64,000 nt of DNA from Fidelibacterota bacterium. GTDB lineage: Bacteria; Fidelibacterota; Marinisomatia; Marinisomatales; Marinisomataceae. The notes beneath the pieces are model-generated. The model had not been told where the DNA came from, ran no database searches, and saw only the letters and a program-made list of their open reading frames with translations. Below are positions 9,501 through 18,600 of the stretch, in pieces; the first letter of the stretch is position 1; the number at the start of each line of letters is the position of its first letter. Where the stretch lies: positions 1-64,000 of the forward strand of contig JABHGE010000003.1 of NCBI GenBank assembly GCA_018672235.1, given 5' to 3'. Both the position numbers and the translations under genes were made by a program.

Positions 9501-9738
9501 TGCAGTCCGCACAAGATTCAGACCAGTAGTATTAACTTCAATGACAACATTCTTAGGTATTGTACCATTACTACTTAATCAAACTACGCAGGTTCTATTC
9601 CTAAAACCTATGGCAATATCTCTAGGGGTTGGAATTTTATTTGCAACTTGTATTATATTGTTACTTGTGCCGGTTGCATATATGATTATTGATGACTTAA
9701 TTATATTTTTAGAAAGACTGTTTAAGAAAGCTAATTAA
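6529..9738 (+). CDS. RND efflux permease (AcrB/D/F family)
   Basis: 1069 aa; GIVVDDAIIVGEN and RFRPVVLTSMTT motifs. Confidence 0.95.
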   Translation: MRGIVTWFVKNSVPANLFMFFLIFGGFFVSYPTMKSEFFPAPDLATITISVPYPGASAKEVEASISSKIEDRLEGISNIKKLRSYSIEGRGLIVVQVYNSDEIDTTLDDINTIMDGISTFPQNSESPVVSKLEPSEKVLDVIVYGDVDELVLLNITKEVNKEMKELSEVSFTEINGDRDKEITIEVSENNLEKYNLSFDQISMAINAGSIDLPGGLLSSKSGDLLIRTVGQSYNAIEYENIVIKGQPDGSQLLLGDIATITDGFINVESYYRWDGTPAMFISVNLVGDQDVLLAADQLRKYVKSKQSDMPPNVSIDYWYDQARYLQDRIDLLYNNFAIGMILVLILLTMFLRPSVAFWVSMGIPISFGGALIILPQIGVTVNILSAFMFIVVLGIVVDDAIIVGENVFRRRIKLKENNMDSTIKGTMEVLIPVFFGVLTTIVVFAPMLNLAGQTGGVWKTFPLTAIPILVFSLIESTTILPAHLYHAGEWFQTSFVGFGKRLKIVRNYCSKKLYEFVDNFWMPLVKKSITSRYVTISVFIGMMIMTLSLLAGGLVKWQFFPVLESQEVGIVFELPEGSPIEKTQAITQIIESEALKLKQELNTTETEIIISHVLTTVGKHYFANAEAENSPSGRNITSSSTPHLGEVVIVLTPAESRWGLLGAYDVIDEMRSRIGTIPGVERLNYSANVFTAGKSIHFEFSGDSFEKLNQVVADTRVLLSGFSGVYDLADTDTKGKNELQIELLPSAEVYGITTMDIARQVRQAFFGEEVQRIQRADDDIKVMLKLPKDERENLISLENMRIRTAQGTKVPLYAVANIKEVEGKSAIVRVDGKRVVEVTSDVDVSKNTSSMILQTLVWLGGPLEGQPLGKLKKIMDKTPGVDFALAGEPAEQAEQLDDILLKFSLAIFVIYVLLAIPLKSYFKPLIVLSAIPFGVVGAILGHLLFNQPMSVLSLLGVIALSGVVVNDSLLLVVFVNRAKEKGVETRKAALDAVRTRFRPVVLTSMTTFLGIVPLLLNQTTQVLFLKPMAISLGVGILFATCIILLLVPVAYMIIDDLIIFLERLFKKAN

Positions 9739-9741
9739 AAA

Positions 9742-10356
9742 TTATGCTTCAAATTGTGAGTAGCTAGGATAAATAGATCTAGCAGGATCTTCATAATCAA
9801 TCTTGATAATTGCTTTTTTTAATATTCTTTTTAATACAATTAAACGATCGTTTTCAGATTGACTTTTCAATAGAATTTTTTTTGCTCTTTTATCAATATC
9901 TAACATAGAAGCAATTTCAAAAGAACTTTTTGGCATATCAATCTGTGGAATTTTAGAAGATGCTCCCAGTTTTAATAATACCTCATACAAGAACACATTA
10001 GCTTCTTGTAATAGGTCTTCATTGATAGTATCATCAATATCATTCCATGTTTTAACATATGCCTGCTTATAAGACTCTGAAGTGTTATAACTTTTAACAA
10101 TAAATCTTTCTACTCCAGATACCAAGATATCATATTCCCTGCTTTCATTCTCTCCGCCAACTAATTGCTCTATAGATGCCGTACAGCCAATCACTAGAGA
10201 ATCATTATTTTTTGAATTTATAATACCAAATTTTTTATTATTCTTTAGGCAATATTCAATCATCTTTTTATACTTTTCTTCAAAAATATGTAAAGGTAAT
10301 TTCTCGCCAGGAAGTAGTACTAAAGGTAGTGGGAAAATTGGGATTTTATCATTCAT
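9742..10356 (-). CDS. Lon protease N-terminal (substrate-binding) domain protein
   Basis: IPIFPLPLVLLPGEKLPLHIFEEKY; start placed at ATG 10356 after SD AGGAG. Confidence 0.88.
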   Translation of the reverse strand: MNDKIPIFPLPLVLLPGEKLPLHIFEEKYKKMIEYCLKNNKKFGIINSKNNDSLVIGCTASIEQLVGGENESREYDILVSGVERFIVKSYNTSESYKQAYVKTWNDIDDTINEDLLQEANVFLYEVLLKLGASSKIPQIDMPKSSFEIASMLDIDKRAKKILLKSQSENDRLIVLKRILKKAIIKIDYEDPARSIYPSYSQFEA

Positions 10357-10404
10357 ACTCCTATCAAAATACATATAGTTTCATTAATATTCACTACCAA
10401 TCTT

Positions 10405-10701
10405 ATGAAAAAAGATATTATAGATCATTTAGCCATTTGCACTGATGATATTGCTAAATCAGTAACATGGTATATAGATAATTTTAACTGCAATATCCTT
10501 TATCAAGACAAGTCTTGGGCAATGCTTGAGTTTGACAATGTTAAACTAGCACTTGTCTTGCCGGATCAACATCCCTTCCATTTTGCAATCCTTAAAGACG
10601 ATGTTGAAAGCTACGGAGAGCCTGTCACTCATCGAGACGGATCAGTCTCTGTGTATGTTAAAGATCGATCAGGCAATAACATTGAAATCTTGAGATACTA
10701 A
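10405..10701 (+). CDS. VOC/glyoxalase family protein
   Basis: IDHLAI..DIAKSVTWY and YVKDRSGNNIE motifs. Confidence 0.88.
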   Translation: MKKDIIDHLAICTDDIAKSVTWYIDNFNCNILYQDKSWAMLEFDNVKLALVLPDQHPFHFAILKDDVESYGEPVTHRDGSVSVYVKDRSGNNIEILRY

Positions 10702-10705
10702 TCGT

Positions 10706-10756
10706 TTGCTACTAGATTTATTCTGTTATAAAATTGGCCAACCTACTAGTTAGGTT
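10706..10756 (+). promoter_or_regulatory. Sigma70-type promoter with a palindrome at the predicted transcription start
   Basis: TTGCTA-17-TAAAAT (10706-10734), then AACCTA-CTAGT-TAGGTT (10740-10756). Confidence 0.5.
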
Positions 10757-10822
10757 TAACAAAAAAATAATATATGGAATAGCTTAAAAAGCTTTTTCCA
10801 AATTTTAAATAAGGGGAATAAT

Positions 10823-11266
10823 ATGTTTAAAAAAATATTTACAATCACATCCATCTTACTATTAATTGCATGCGGTGGCGGATCTACTGCTGAACCAACA
10901 GTAGTCAATATCGGTTCATTGGGTGCTGAAATGAAGTACGACGTAGAAGAATTCACTGTTAAGGCTGGATCAAAAGTTACAATAGTGATGAAAAATAATA
11001 CTCCATCTGATTTCATGGGAGCAATGCTACATAATGTTGTCATCTTTAAAGATGAGTCTGCTGCGCCAATGATTATTGAATTAGCTGAAGGAAATGGCGG
11101 AGAACCATATTCCGATGGAAGAATCTTAGCGATGACTCCACTAGCAGATAAACAAGAAGAGACATCTGTAGAGTTTACGGCCCCAAGTAAACCAGGTAGA
11201 TATTTATATGTTTGTACTTATATCGCACATGCAGGATCTATGCGTGGCTATATGATTGTTGAATAA
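10823..11266 (+). CDS. Blue copper (plastocyanin/azurin/auracyanin-like) lipoprotein
   Basis: Lipobox LIAC; type-1 Cu ligands in HNVV and CTYIAHAGSM. Confidence 0.9.
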   Translation: MFKKIFTITSILLLIACGGGSTAEPTVVNIGSLGAEMKYDVEEFTVKAGSKVTIVMKNNTPSDFMGAMLHNVVIFKDESAAPMIIELAEGNGGEPYSDGRILAMTPLADKQEETSVEFTAPSKPGRYLYVCTYIAHAGSMRGYMIVE

Positions 11267-11284
11267 TTAAAGAACCTCCTTACT

Positions 11285-11314
11285 AAAACCCTCATTTTTT
11301 ATAGTGAGGGTTTT
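11285..11314 (+). terminator. Intrinsic terminator
   Basis: AAAACCCTCA-N10-TGAGGGTTTT. Confidence 0.75.
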
Positions 11315-11320
11315 ATCGAA

Positions 11321-11349
11321 TTGACGTATAAAAAAAATATCCATATATT
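11321..11349 (+). promoter_or_regulatory. Sigma70-type promoter for the FTR1 gene
   Basis: TTGACG-17-TATATT. Confidence 0.65.
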
Positions 11350-11362
11350 CATACCATAATTT

Positions 11363-11381
11363 ATTGAGAATTAATCTCAAT
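11363..11381. promoter_or_regulatory. Fur-box-like operator
   Basis: ATTGAGAATTAATCTCAAT, a 19-bp dyad resembling the 7-1-7 TGATAAT-N-ATTATCA Fur consensus, upstream of an iron permease. Confidence 0.75.
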
Positions 11382-11405
11382 TAAGGAAAATAAGGAAGAT
11401 ATATC

Positions 11406-12338
11406 ATGGCAGAACTACTTATAACATTCAGAGAAACTCTCGAAGCTGCACTAATTGTTGGTATCTTATATACATTTATATCTAAGACCGGGAAAATGCA
11501 TCTTAAAGCAAGTATTCAAGGAGGAGTTATTGCAGCGCTAGCAGCTAGTGTAGTTTTTGCAATTGTATTTCAATTAATACTAGGTGGATTCTCTGGAAGA
11601 GCAGAAGAAATTTTTGAAGGCACAGTAATGATCTTAGCAGCTATACTTTTGTCAACAATGATTATATGGATGGCAAGAAATAAGAATGTATCTGAAAGCT
11701 TAGAAAACCAAGCATCTGCAGTAATGGACAGTAATAAAAATGTTGCTCAAGGTCTATTTGCACTGGCATTCTTATCCGTATTTAGAGAAGGAATAGAAAC
11801 AGTACTGTTTTTATATGGTATATACATTAAAGATGGGGGGCTTTCTTTTGCTATGTCATTAACTGGGGTAGCGATTGCTATTGCTCTTGGTTATGCGATA
11901 TTTATTCAAGGGAAAAAAGTGCCTTTAAAAACATTTTTTAATGTTACATCCATATTATTAATCTTTGTTGCAGCAGGATTAGTATCTTATGGTATTCATG
12001 AATTTGAAGAAGCTGGTTTAATCTATTATCCTGGCCCTATTTGGGATGTTAACCCTGCACTTAATCCTGATGGAAGCTATCCTTTATTACACGAAAAAGG
12101 CGGTATTGGTGTCTTTGCTAAAGGATTATTTGGATGGAATGGAAACCCAAGTGCTATTGAAGTAATGGCATACTTATTAACGCTAGCTAGTGTATCATAT
12201 ATGTGGTCAGCAGCATCAGCACAAGCACTTACTGGAAAAGAAACTTCCTCAGCAATAGAAGATAAATGTCCAACTTGTTTTGAAGAAGTTGATATAAAAT
12301 CTACTAATTCATGTGCAAATTGTAATACTGACAGATAA
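11406..12338 (+). CDS. FTR1/EfeU family iron permease with a C-terminal CxxC...CxxC tail
   Basis: Two RExxE motifs (FRETLEA, FREGIET); about 7 hydrophobic segments. Confidence 0.93.
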   Translation: MAELLITFRETLEAALIVGILYTFISKTGKMHLKASIQGGVIAALAASVVFAIVFQLILGGFSGRAEEIFEGTVMILAAILLSTMIIWMARNKNVSESLENQASAVMDSNKNVAQGLFALAFLSVFREGIETVLFLYGIYIKDGGLSFAMSLTGVAIAIALGYAIFIQGKKVPLKTFFNVTSILLIFVAAGLVSYGIHEFEEAGLIYYPGPIWDVNPALNPDGSYPLLHEKGGIGVFAKGLFGWNGNPSAIEVMAYLLTLASVSYMWSAASAQALTGKETSSAIEDKCPTCFEEVDIKSTNSCANCNTDR

Positions 12339-12340
12339 GC

Positions 12341-12967
12341 TTAAGCTAGAGAATCTTTTAATTCTGATAAAATCATTGCAGTTGCACCCCAAGAGGTGCA
12401 ACTGTTAAATTCAAAACTAGGCACTGCTATACTTATGCCTTTTATTTTAACATTTTTGGTAGATAGAGTAGTATCAACTTGCAATTCATCTAAGTCAACA
12501 TCGTGTATTGACTCCACTTCATCTGCATTAATTATCGTACTTGGTCTATCATTAGAATACCAAATATATGGATGAATCAAGAAACCGGAAACTGGAGCAT
12601 ATAACGGTGTTAATTTTCCAATAAATTCTAAAGGTATGTCTATTCCAATCTCTTCTTGACTTTCGCGTAAGGAAGTTTGTCTAAATGATTCATCTCCATC
12701 TTTGGCGCCTCCAGGTAAAGAAATTTCTCCTTTATGATGATCTACATTTGATGTTCTTCGTGTTAAGAAAAATTTTAGCTTATTTTCTTCTTCAAATAAT
12801 ATGATAGCTACTGCTGCTAACTTGGCATTAGATGGTGGATAAAAAGCTAATCTTGTAACAGTATTAATAGACATAACTGCCATCTTTTTCTGACTTTCCC
12901 AGCCAGGTAATGATTCAGTAAGTCTTTTCTTTATTAATCTAATTTTTTTATCTAGCTTCAATTTCAT
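12341..12967 (-). CDS. Nudix hydrolase, CoA pyrophosphatase type
   Basis: LTRRTSNVDHHKGEISLPGG, SLRESQEEIG and WGATAMIL motifs; start uncertain (ATG 12967 or the in-frame TTG two codons later). Confidence 0.88.
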   Translation of the reverse strand: MKLKLDKKIRLIKKRLTESLPGWESQKKMAVMSINTVTRLAFYPPSNAKLAAVAIILFEEENKLKFFLTRRTSNVDHHKGEISLPGGAKDGDESFRQTSLRESQEEIGIDIPLEFIGKLTPLYAPVSGFLIHPYIWYSNDRPSTIINADEVESIHDVDLDELQVDTTLSTKNVKIKGISIAVPSFEFNSCTSWGATAMILSELKDSLA

Positions 12968-13610
12968 GAAATATAAGCACATAATTTGGGATTGGAATGG
13001 AACTTTATTGAATGATACTTCCCTATGTGCGCAGATTTTAAATGACTCTTTAAGAAAGCGCTCTATCCCTGAAATAACTGTTCAACAGTATAAAGAAAAA
13101 TTTCTTTTTCCGATTAAAACATTTTACGAATCGATAGGATTTGATTTTGATAAAGAGCCATTTGACAATTCTAACAATGAATTTAATACAGGCTTTGCAA
13201 ATCAATTTAAATCGATAGCTCTACAGCCATTTGCAAAAGATACTATTATACAATTTTCTGAACAAAAAATTATGCAAACTATTCTCTCTGCTAGTCGTGA
13301 CGACAGACTAAAAGAGCAGGTAGATTTTTTTGATTTAACGCCATATCTACAACATGTTATCGGTACGACTAATTTATATGCTCATGGAAAAGAATATGAG
13401 GGAGAAGAATTGCTTTTAACTTTAGATATTCCAGCAGAAGAAACAATTATTATAGGGGACACCTTGCTGGACTTTAATGTTGCCCAATACTTAAAAATTG
13501 ATTGTGCTTTAGTCTCTCATGGGCACAATGATATCAAGAGACTCAAGGAAACTGGAGCATTTGTTTTTTCAGATATTCAAGAATTTTATAATTGGATTAT
13601 AACAACCTAG
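12966..13610 (+). CDS. HAD-superfamily hydrolase (phosphoglycolate phosphatase-like)
   Basis: The + strand reads ATG AAA TAT AAG CAC ATA ATT TGG GAT TGG AAT GGA from 12966 to TAG at 13610; WDWNGTLLND and IIGDTLLD motifs. The ORF track's '-' label contradicts the sequence. Confidence 0.93.
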   Translation: MKYKHIIWDWNGTLLNDTSLCAQILNDSLRKRSIPEITVQQYKEKFLFPIKTFYESIGFDFDKEPFDNSNNEFNTGFANQFKSIALQPFAKDTIIQFSEQKIMQTILSASRDDRLKEQVDFFDLTPYLQHVIGTTNLYAHGKEYEGEELLLTLDIPAEETIIIGDTLLDFNVAQYLKIDCALVSHGHNDIKRLKETGAFVFSDIQEFYNWIITT

Positions 13611-14359
13611 GTTGTTAATCCTCCATCTACTACAAACATCGATCCAGTAATAAAATCTGATGCATCTGAAGCTAGATATAGAGCCATACCTGATATGTCC
13701 TCGGGCTCTCCCATTCTGCCTTGTGGAATTGATTTAATAATTTCATTATATACTGAATCATTCTGCCATAAAGCTTTACTAAAATCAGTTTTAATTAATC
13801 CTGGAGCTAAAGTATTAACTTGAATATTTGATGCTGCCATCTCTTTAGCTAGTACTTTGGTTAACATCACAACCGCAGCTTTACTAATATTATATACTCC
13901 CAATCCATCTAATGGAGTTTTTGCTGCGATAGATGCGATATTAATAATTTTACCATATTGATGATTCTGCATAGACTCGCTGCATATTTTTATAAAATTA
14001 AAGTATCCTTTTACATTAATATCCCAAATTTTTTCCCAATGACTATCTTCTGATTTTAAGATGGGTCCATAATAAGGATTTGCTGCTGCATTATTGACTA
14101 AAATATCTACTTTATTAAATTGATCTATAGTTTTATCTACAACATTCTTTATTGATGTCACATCCCCTGTATTACATTCTATCCCAACGATACTAAGTCC
14201 AGATGACTTGGCTTCTGCCACGGCATTATCTAGATTGTCTTTCTTTCTACTACAAATCACAACATTGGCACCTGCTTCTGCATATTTGAATGCAATCGCT
14301 TTACCAATTCCCTTCGAACCCCCAGAAACAATCGCTGTTTTATCTTTTAAGTTAAACAT
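13607..14359 (-). CDS. Short-chain dehydrogenase/reductase (DHRS4-like)
   Basis: SGGSKGIG, NNAA and YNISK motifs. Confidence 0.92.
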   Translation of the reverse strand: MFNLKDKTAIVSGGSKGIGKAIAFKYAEAGANVVICSRKKDNLDNAVAEAKSSGLSIVGIECNTGDVTSIKNVVDKTIDQFNKVDILVNNAAANPYYGPILKSEDSHWEKIWDINVKGYFNFIKICSESMQNHQYGKIINIASIAAKTPLDGLGVYNISKAAVVMLTKVLAKEMAASNIQVNTLAPGLIKTDFSKALWQNDSVYNEIIKSIPQGRMGEPEDISGMALYLASDASDFITGSMFVVDGGLTT

Positions 14360-15208
14360 CTATTTTTTCTTTCTTCGTTCTGCCATCGCTTTCCACATTG
14401 AATCTGGTAATTTAGTTAAATCGCTAAATTCAGCTGCTCCGGCAATCCACTCACCTCCGTCGATAGTAACTACTTCGCCATTGATATATGCAGAACCATC
14501 GCTCATAAGATATGATGCAAGATTTTCAAGCTCATGACGTTCACCAAATCTTTTCATTGGAATATTATTTTTCATATTATCTTCATAGTCATCAAAACCT
14601 GGAGGCATTAAACGCGACCAGGCTCCTTCGGTTGGAAATGGCCCTGGTGCTATCGCATTAAATCGAATATTATGTTTACCCCACTCTACCGCTAAAGATC
14701 GAGTCATTGCTAATACGCCTGCTTTCCCTGCTGCGGAAGGAACTACAAAAGGTGACCCCGTCCATGCATATGTTGTAACAATACTAAGTACATTACCTTT
14801 TTTATTTTTAATCATTTCTTTTCCAACAGTACTAATACAATTCCATGTTCCCATTAGAACGATGTCAATAACTGTCTTAAATGCATTAGGACTTAACATT
14901 TCGGTTGGAGAAATAAAATTACCTGCTGCATTATTTAATAACCCATCAATTTTGCCAAATTTGTCAATTGCCTGCGAAGTCATTAGCTCAACATCTTCTA
15001 ACTTTCTTACATCCCCCGGACAAGTTAATACATTGATACCTGTTTCAGAAAATTCTTGGGCAGTTTCTTCTAATACTTCTTTTCTTCGTCCACTAATAAC
15101 GACATTAGCGCCCAGCTCTCCAAATCTTCTAGACATACTCTTGCCTAGCCCAGTACCGCCACCAGTAATAATAATTGTTTGATCTTTAAGTAGCCCATCT
15201 TTAAACAT
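14360..15208 (-). CDS. SDR, 2,4-dienoyl-CoA reductase (DECR)-like
   Basis: TGGGTGLG, NNAAGNFISPTE, SAAGKAGV and SLAVEWG motifs. Confidence 0.88.
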   Translation of the reverse strand: MFKDGLLKDQTIIITGGGTGLGKSMSRRFGELGANVVISGRRKEVLEETAQEFSETGINVLTCPGDVRKLEDVELMTSQAIDKFGKIDGLLNNAAGNFISPTEMLSPNAFKTVIDIVLMGTWNCISTVGKEMIKNKKGNVLSIVTTYAWTGSPFVVPSAAGKAGVLAMTRSLAVEWGKHNIRFNAIAPGPFPTEGAWSRLMPPGFDDYEDNMKNNIPMKRFGERHELENLASYLMSDGSAYINGEVVTIDGGEWIAGAAEFSDLTKLPDSMWKAMAERRKKK

Positions 15209-15218
15209 ATAAATTCCT

Positions 15219-15530
15219 TTATTTTAAATTATTTAAATTATCTTTTATGACATCTGTTTTTTCTTGCAAGGGTTCTAGTACATTATCTTTAATTAGACTA
15301 TTTACAGATTGTTCAATTTCTTGTGATTGATTTTTAATCGTATCTAAATCTGGCAAAGGCTGATCAGTAAAAATAAGATATGCACAATATATAATGAATA
15401 ATGTAATCCCTAATGTCACTAATTTGAATAAGCGTTTTATGACACTAAATGCAATCATTGCCATCAGAACAATGGTTACAGCTAAGTATGCTGGATTACT
15501 AGAAATGCTATTTAACAGATTCTCTAACAT
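15219..15530 (-). CDS. Small hypothetical membrane protein
   Basis: Two hydrophobic segments; co-directional with the SDR genes; TAAATT 6 nt before ATG. Confidence 0.75.
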   Translation of the reverse strand: MLENLLNSISSNPAYLAVTIVLMAMIAFSVIKRLFKLVTLGITLFIIYCAYLIFTDQPLPDLDTIKNQSQEIEQSVNSLIKDNVLEPLQEKTDVIKDNLNNLK

Positions 15531-15603
15531 TGTAGCAATTTATACATTAGATTTCTACTTTACAAAGATGAAACAAAAATCAATAAGATTCGTTAAAGAT
15601 TAT

Positions 15604-18600
15604 ATGGTTAAAAAAGGATTTGTTTTATGCTTCATGTGTTCTTTTATATTCAGCCAAGATAAACTTTTACTCAAACAGGCTGATATTCTCACATCTTCTA
15701 CCACTGAATCTGAAACCATTACAAAATTAGATGGAAATGTTGTGTTTCAAAAGACAGACACGATTTTAAAGGGTAACTTTGCAAATCAATCTAATCAAAA
15801 TTCAATAATCAATTTATATGGTGATGTCTCTATTGAGCAGCCTAATCAAACTATCTATTGTGACTCGCTCTCATATGATAGCGATACTGAATTTTTTTCA
15901 ATGTATGGTCATATTAAAATCAAAAATGGTTCTCGATTAATTAGTGCAGACAAAGCTACGCTAGACCAAAATTCTAATCAAATTAACTTGATAGAAAATT
16001 GTGAAATAAGCGAAAAAAATAACAACAAAGTATATGGTGATAAAATAATACTAGATTTTAAAGATGAATCTTTACAGTCTTTGAGAGTATTGTCAAATGG
16101 TACGATTCTTACTCAAAACTCTGGCTATGAGAAGATTGATAATCAACTACAGATAATAGAGAATGAGGATATCCTGAAAGGTGAAACTATTTTTGCTAGC
16201 TTTCAAAATGATACAATTAAAACTATAGAAATAGTAGGAATGGCCTCTACACTAATCCATCTTTATAACGATTCTCTTTATGATGGTATTAATGAAATAT
16301 CGGGAGATAAAATTATCTTAGATATTCAAAATGATTCTGCAAAAAAATTGATAGCCGAAGGTGGAATTGTTGGTCGATATATTCCAAATGATTCCAATCA
16401 AAGTATTCAAGAAGAAATTGACTATACTGCAAATCGTGTAGAATTTGAAGTAGAAAAAAAGATATCTGAAATGTATGGGGTGGTCAAAATTTTACATGAT
16501 AGAATGGATCTATCTGCTGCTCATATCAATGTTGACTGGAGCACTAATGTTCTAGAAGCTTTTAGCGATAACCCATTCAACGAAGAAGAAGTCAATAAGC
16601 CTATACTGATAGAAAATAATCGAGAGCCAATGACTGGGGATACGATGGTATATAATATCAAATCTAGAAAAGGTAAAGTATTGATGGGCGAAAGTCGTAT
16701 ACAAGAAAATGTATACATGGGTAGTCAAATTACTAGTGTTACAGATAGTACTTTTTACATAGATGATTGTATATTTACTTCATGTGATCCGTCTAAATTT
16801 TATATCGGAAGCAAGCAGGTAAAGATTATTTATGGTGATAAAGTCATCGCTAAACCCCTCAGTATTTTTATTGGCGGTGTACCAATTATAGGTATTCCAA
16901 TTGCTATTTTCCCTCATTCCTCAAGCGAAAGAAGGTCTGGCTGGATTATGCCTTCATTTGGTTCGTCAGAAAATCGTGGGAACTATTTAGATGGCCTAGG
17001 ATACTATTTTGCTGTAAATGACTATATAGGCTCTGAAAATTCTCTTATCTTCGCAGATAGGCAAGGGTTGATAATCAAGTCAAAGAATGTTTATAAAGAT
17101 CGCTATCGCTTTAATGGGATATTTAATTTTGAAGTTCGAAAACATCTAGGAGACGGAGAAAGTGATATTGCTCAAATTGGTAAAAACAACAAAACTGACT
17201 ATTCTTTTGACTGGAATCATAGTCAGATCTTAAGAAACAACCAAACCTTTAGAGGTTCAGCTAGTTATTATAGTAATGGAGAATACAATAGAGAAACAAG
17301 TATTGATCCAATTAAAAGACTTAACCAGCAAGCAATATCAAATATTACCTACACCAAAAGATGGAAAACGCCTAATATATCTATCAGTGTTAATGCTTCT
17401 AATAAGCAAGATTTGATGTCTCAAAACAAGGTTGACACAAGCTCCTCTTTTTATCAAACGCCTTCGAGCTTATCTTCTACCATAACAGAAGATACTAGCA
17501 CCTTACCATCTATAAATCTTAGAGTAGCTAGGAGAAAATTATTTAAAAATAAATCTCAAGATTCATGGTTGGGGAATATTCAATGGGACTATAATTCACG
17601 TATAGTAAATAATTCTAAAAATTTCTATGAAGCAGAAGAGTCGCTAGATGAAGATGGAACTATAGCTTATAGATGGAAACAGAATACATCTGGCAATCCT
17701 GAAAGTTCAAACAAATTAGATGCTATGTTTAAAAATGCTTTTTCTATAAATGCTCCCTTTACTGCTTTCAAATATATCGCTATCAATCCAAGCATTAAGA
17801 TGAATTCAGATTTTGTGAATCGATATAGAGTAGCAGAATATGATGATACAGACATATTGAACTTTAGATATGAAGATGCTATTAAAAATAGAACAACCGG
17901 GAATTTAGGACTATCATTGTCGACTAAAATTTATGGAATTTTACCAATACGCTTTAATAAGATTCAATCTGTAAGGCATGTAATGACTCCAAGTATGCGC
18001 TTTAATTTTTCTCCAGACTATTTAAGCAACGACAGTTATTTTCAATCATTTAATGATGAATACTATGATTATTTTAGTAATTCTATTATTGGATCTACCC
18101 CTACCATAAGTACTAAAAAATTAAGCCTTTCTCTTAGCAATGTTTTCCAAGCAAAAATTAAAAAGAACGACAAAGAAGAAAAGATTAACATTCTTTCATG
18201 GGGAATATCAAGTGGATATAATTTTAATGCAGAAACATTCAAGCTATCTAATATTAGTTCATCACTTAGAAGCAATTTGAAAAATGGCGTTTCTATTGAT
18301 GCTCATTTAACGCATGATTTATATAAATTTGATGACACTACTCAAACCAGAATTAATGAATTAGACAATTTCCCTAGATTAACCGGCGTAAGGTTAGCAA
18401 CTAATTTTACATTGCGAAGTAAAACGCAGAGCTCCAATGAAGAATCAGAAAAAGAATTGTCAGATAGAACTAAAGCCTTTTTAACGGACCTATCTACTAA
18501 TACTTGGCAAAGTAAGATTGGCATTAGCTATACTGTGAATAAAATTAATCCTTCAAATACCATTGAAAATTTTTGGATTAACACTAACACTAGTGTAAAT

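Noticed and set aside
12966..13610. Minus-strand assignment given in the ORF track
   Set aside because: The listed protein is encoded on the + strand of the supplied sequence.
15394..15603. 70-aa N-terminal extension of LptD
   Set aside because: Overlaps the divergent gene 15219-15530; a signal peptide begins at ATG 15604.
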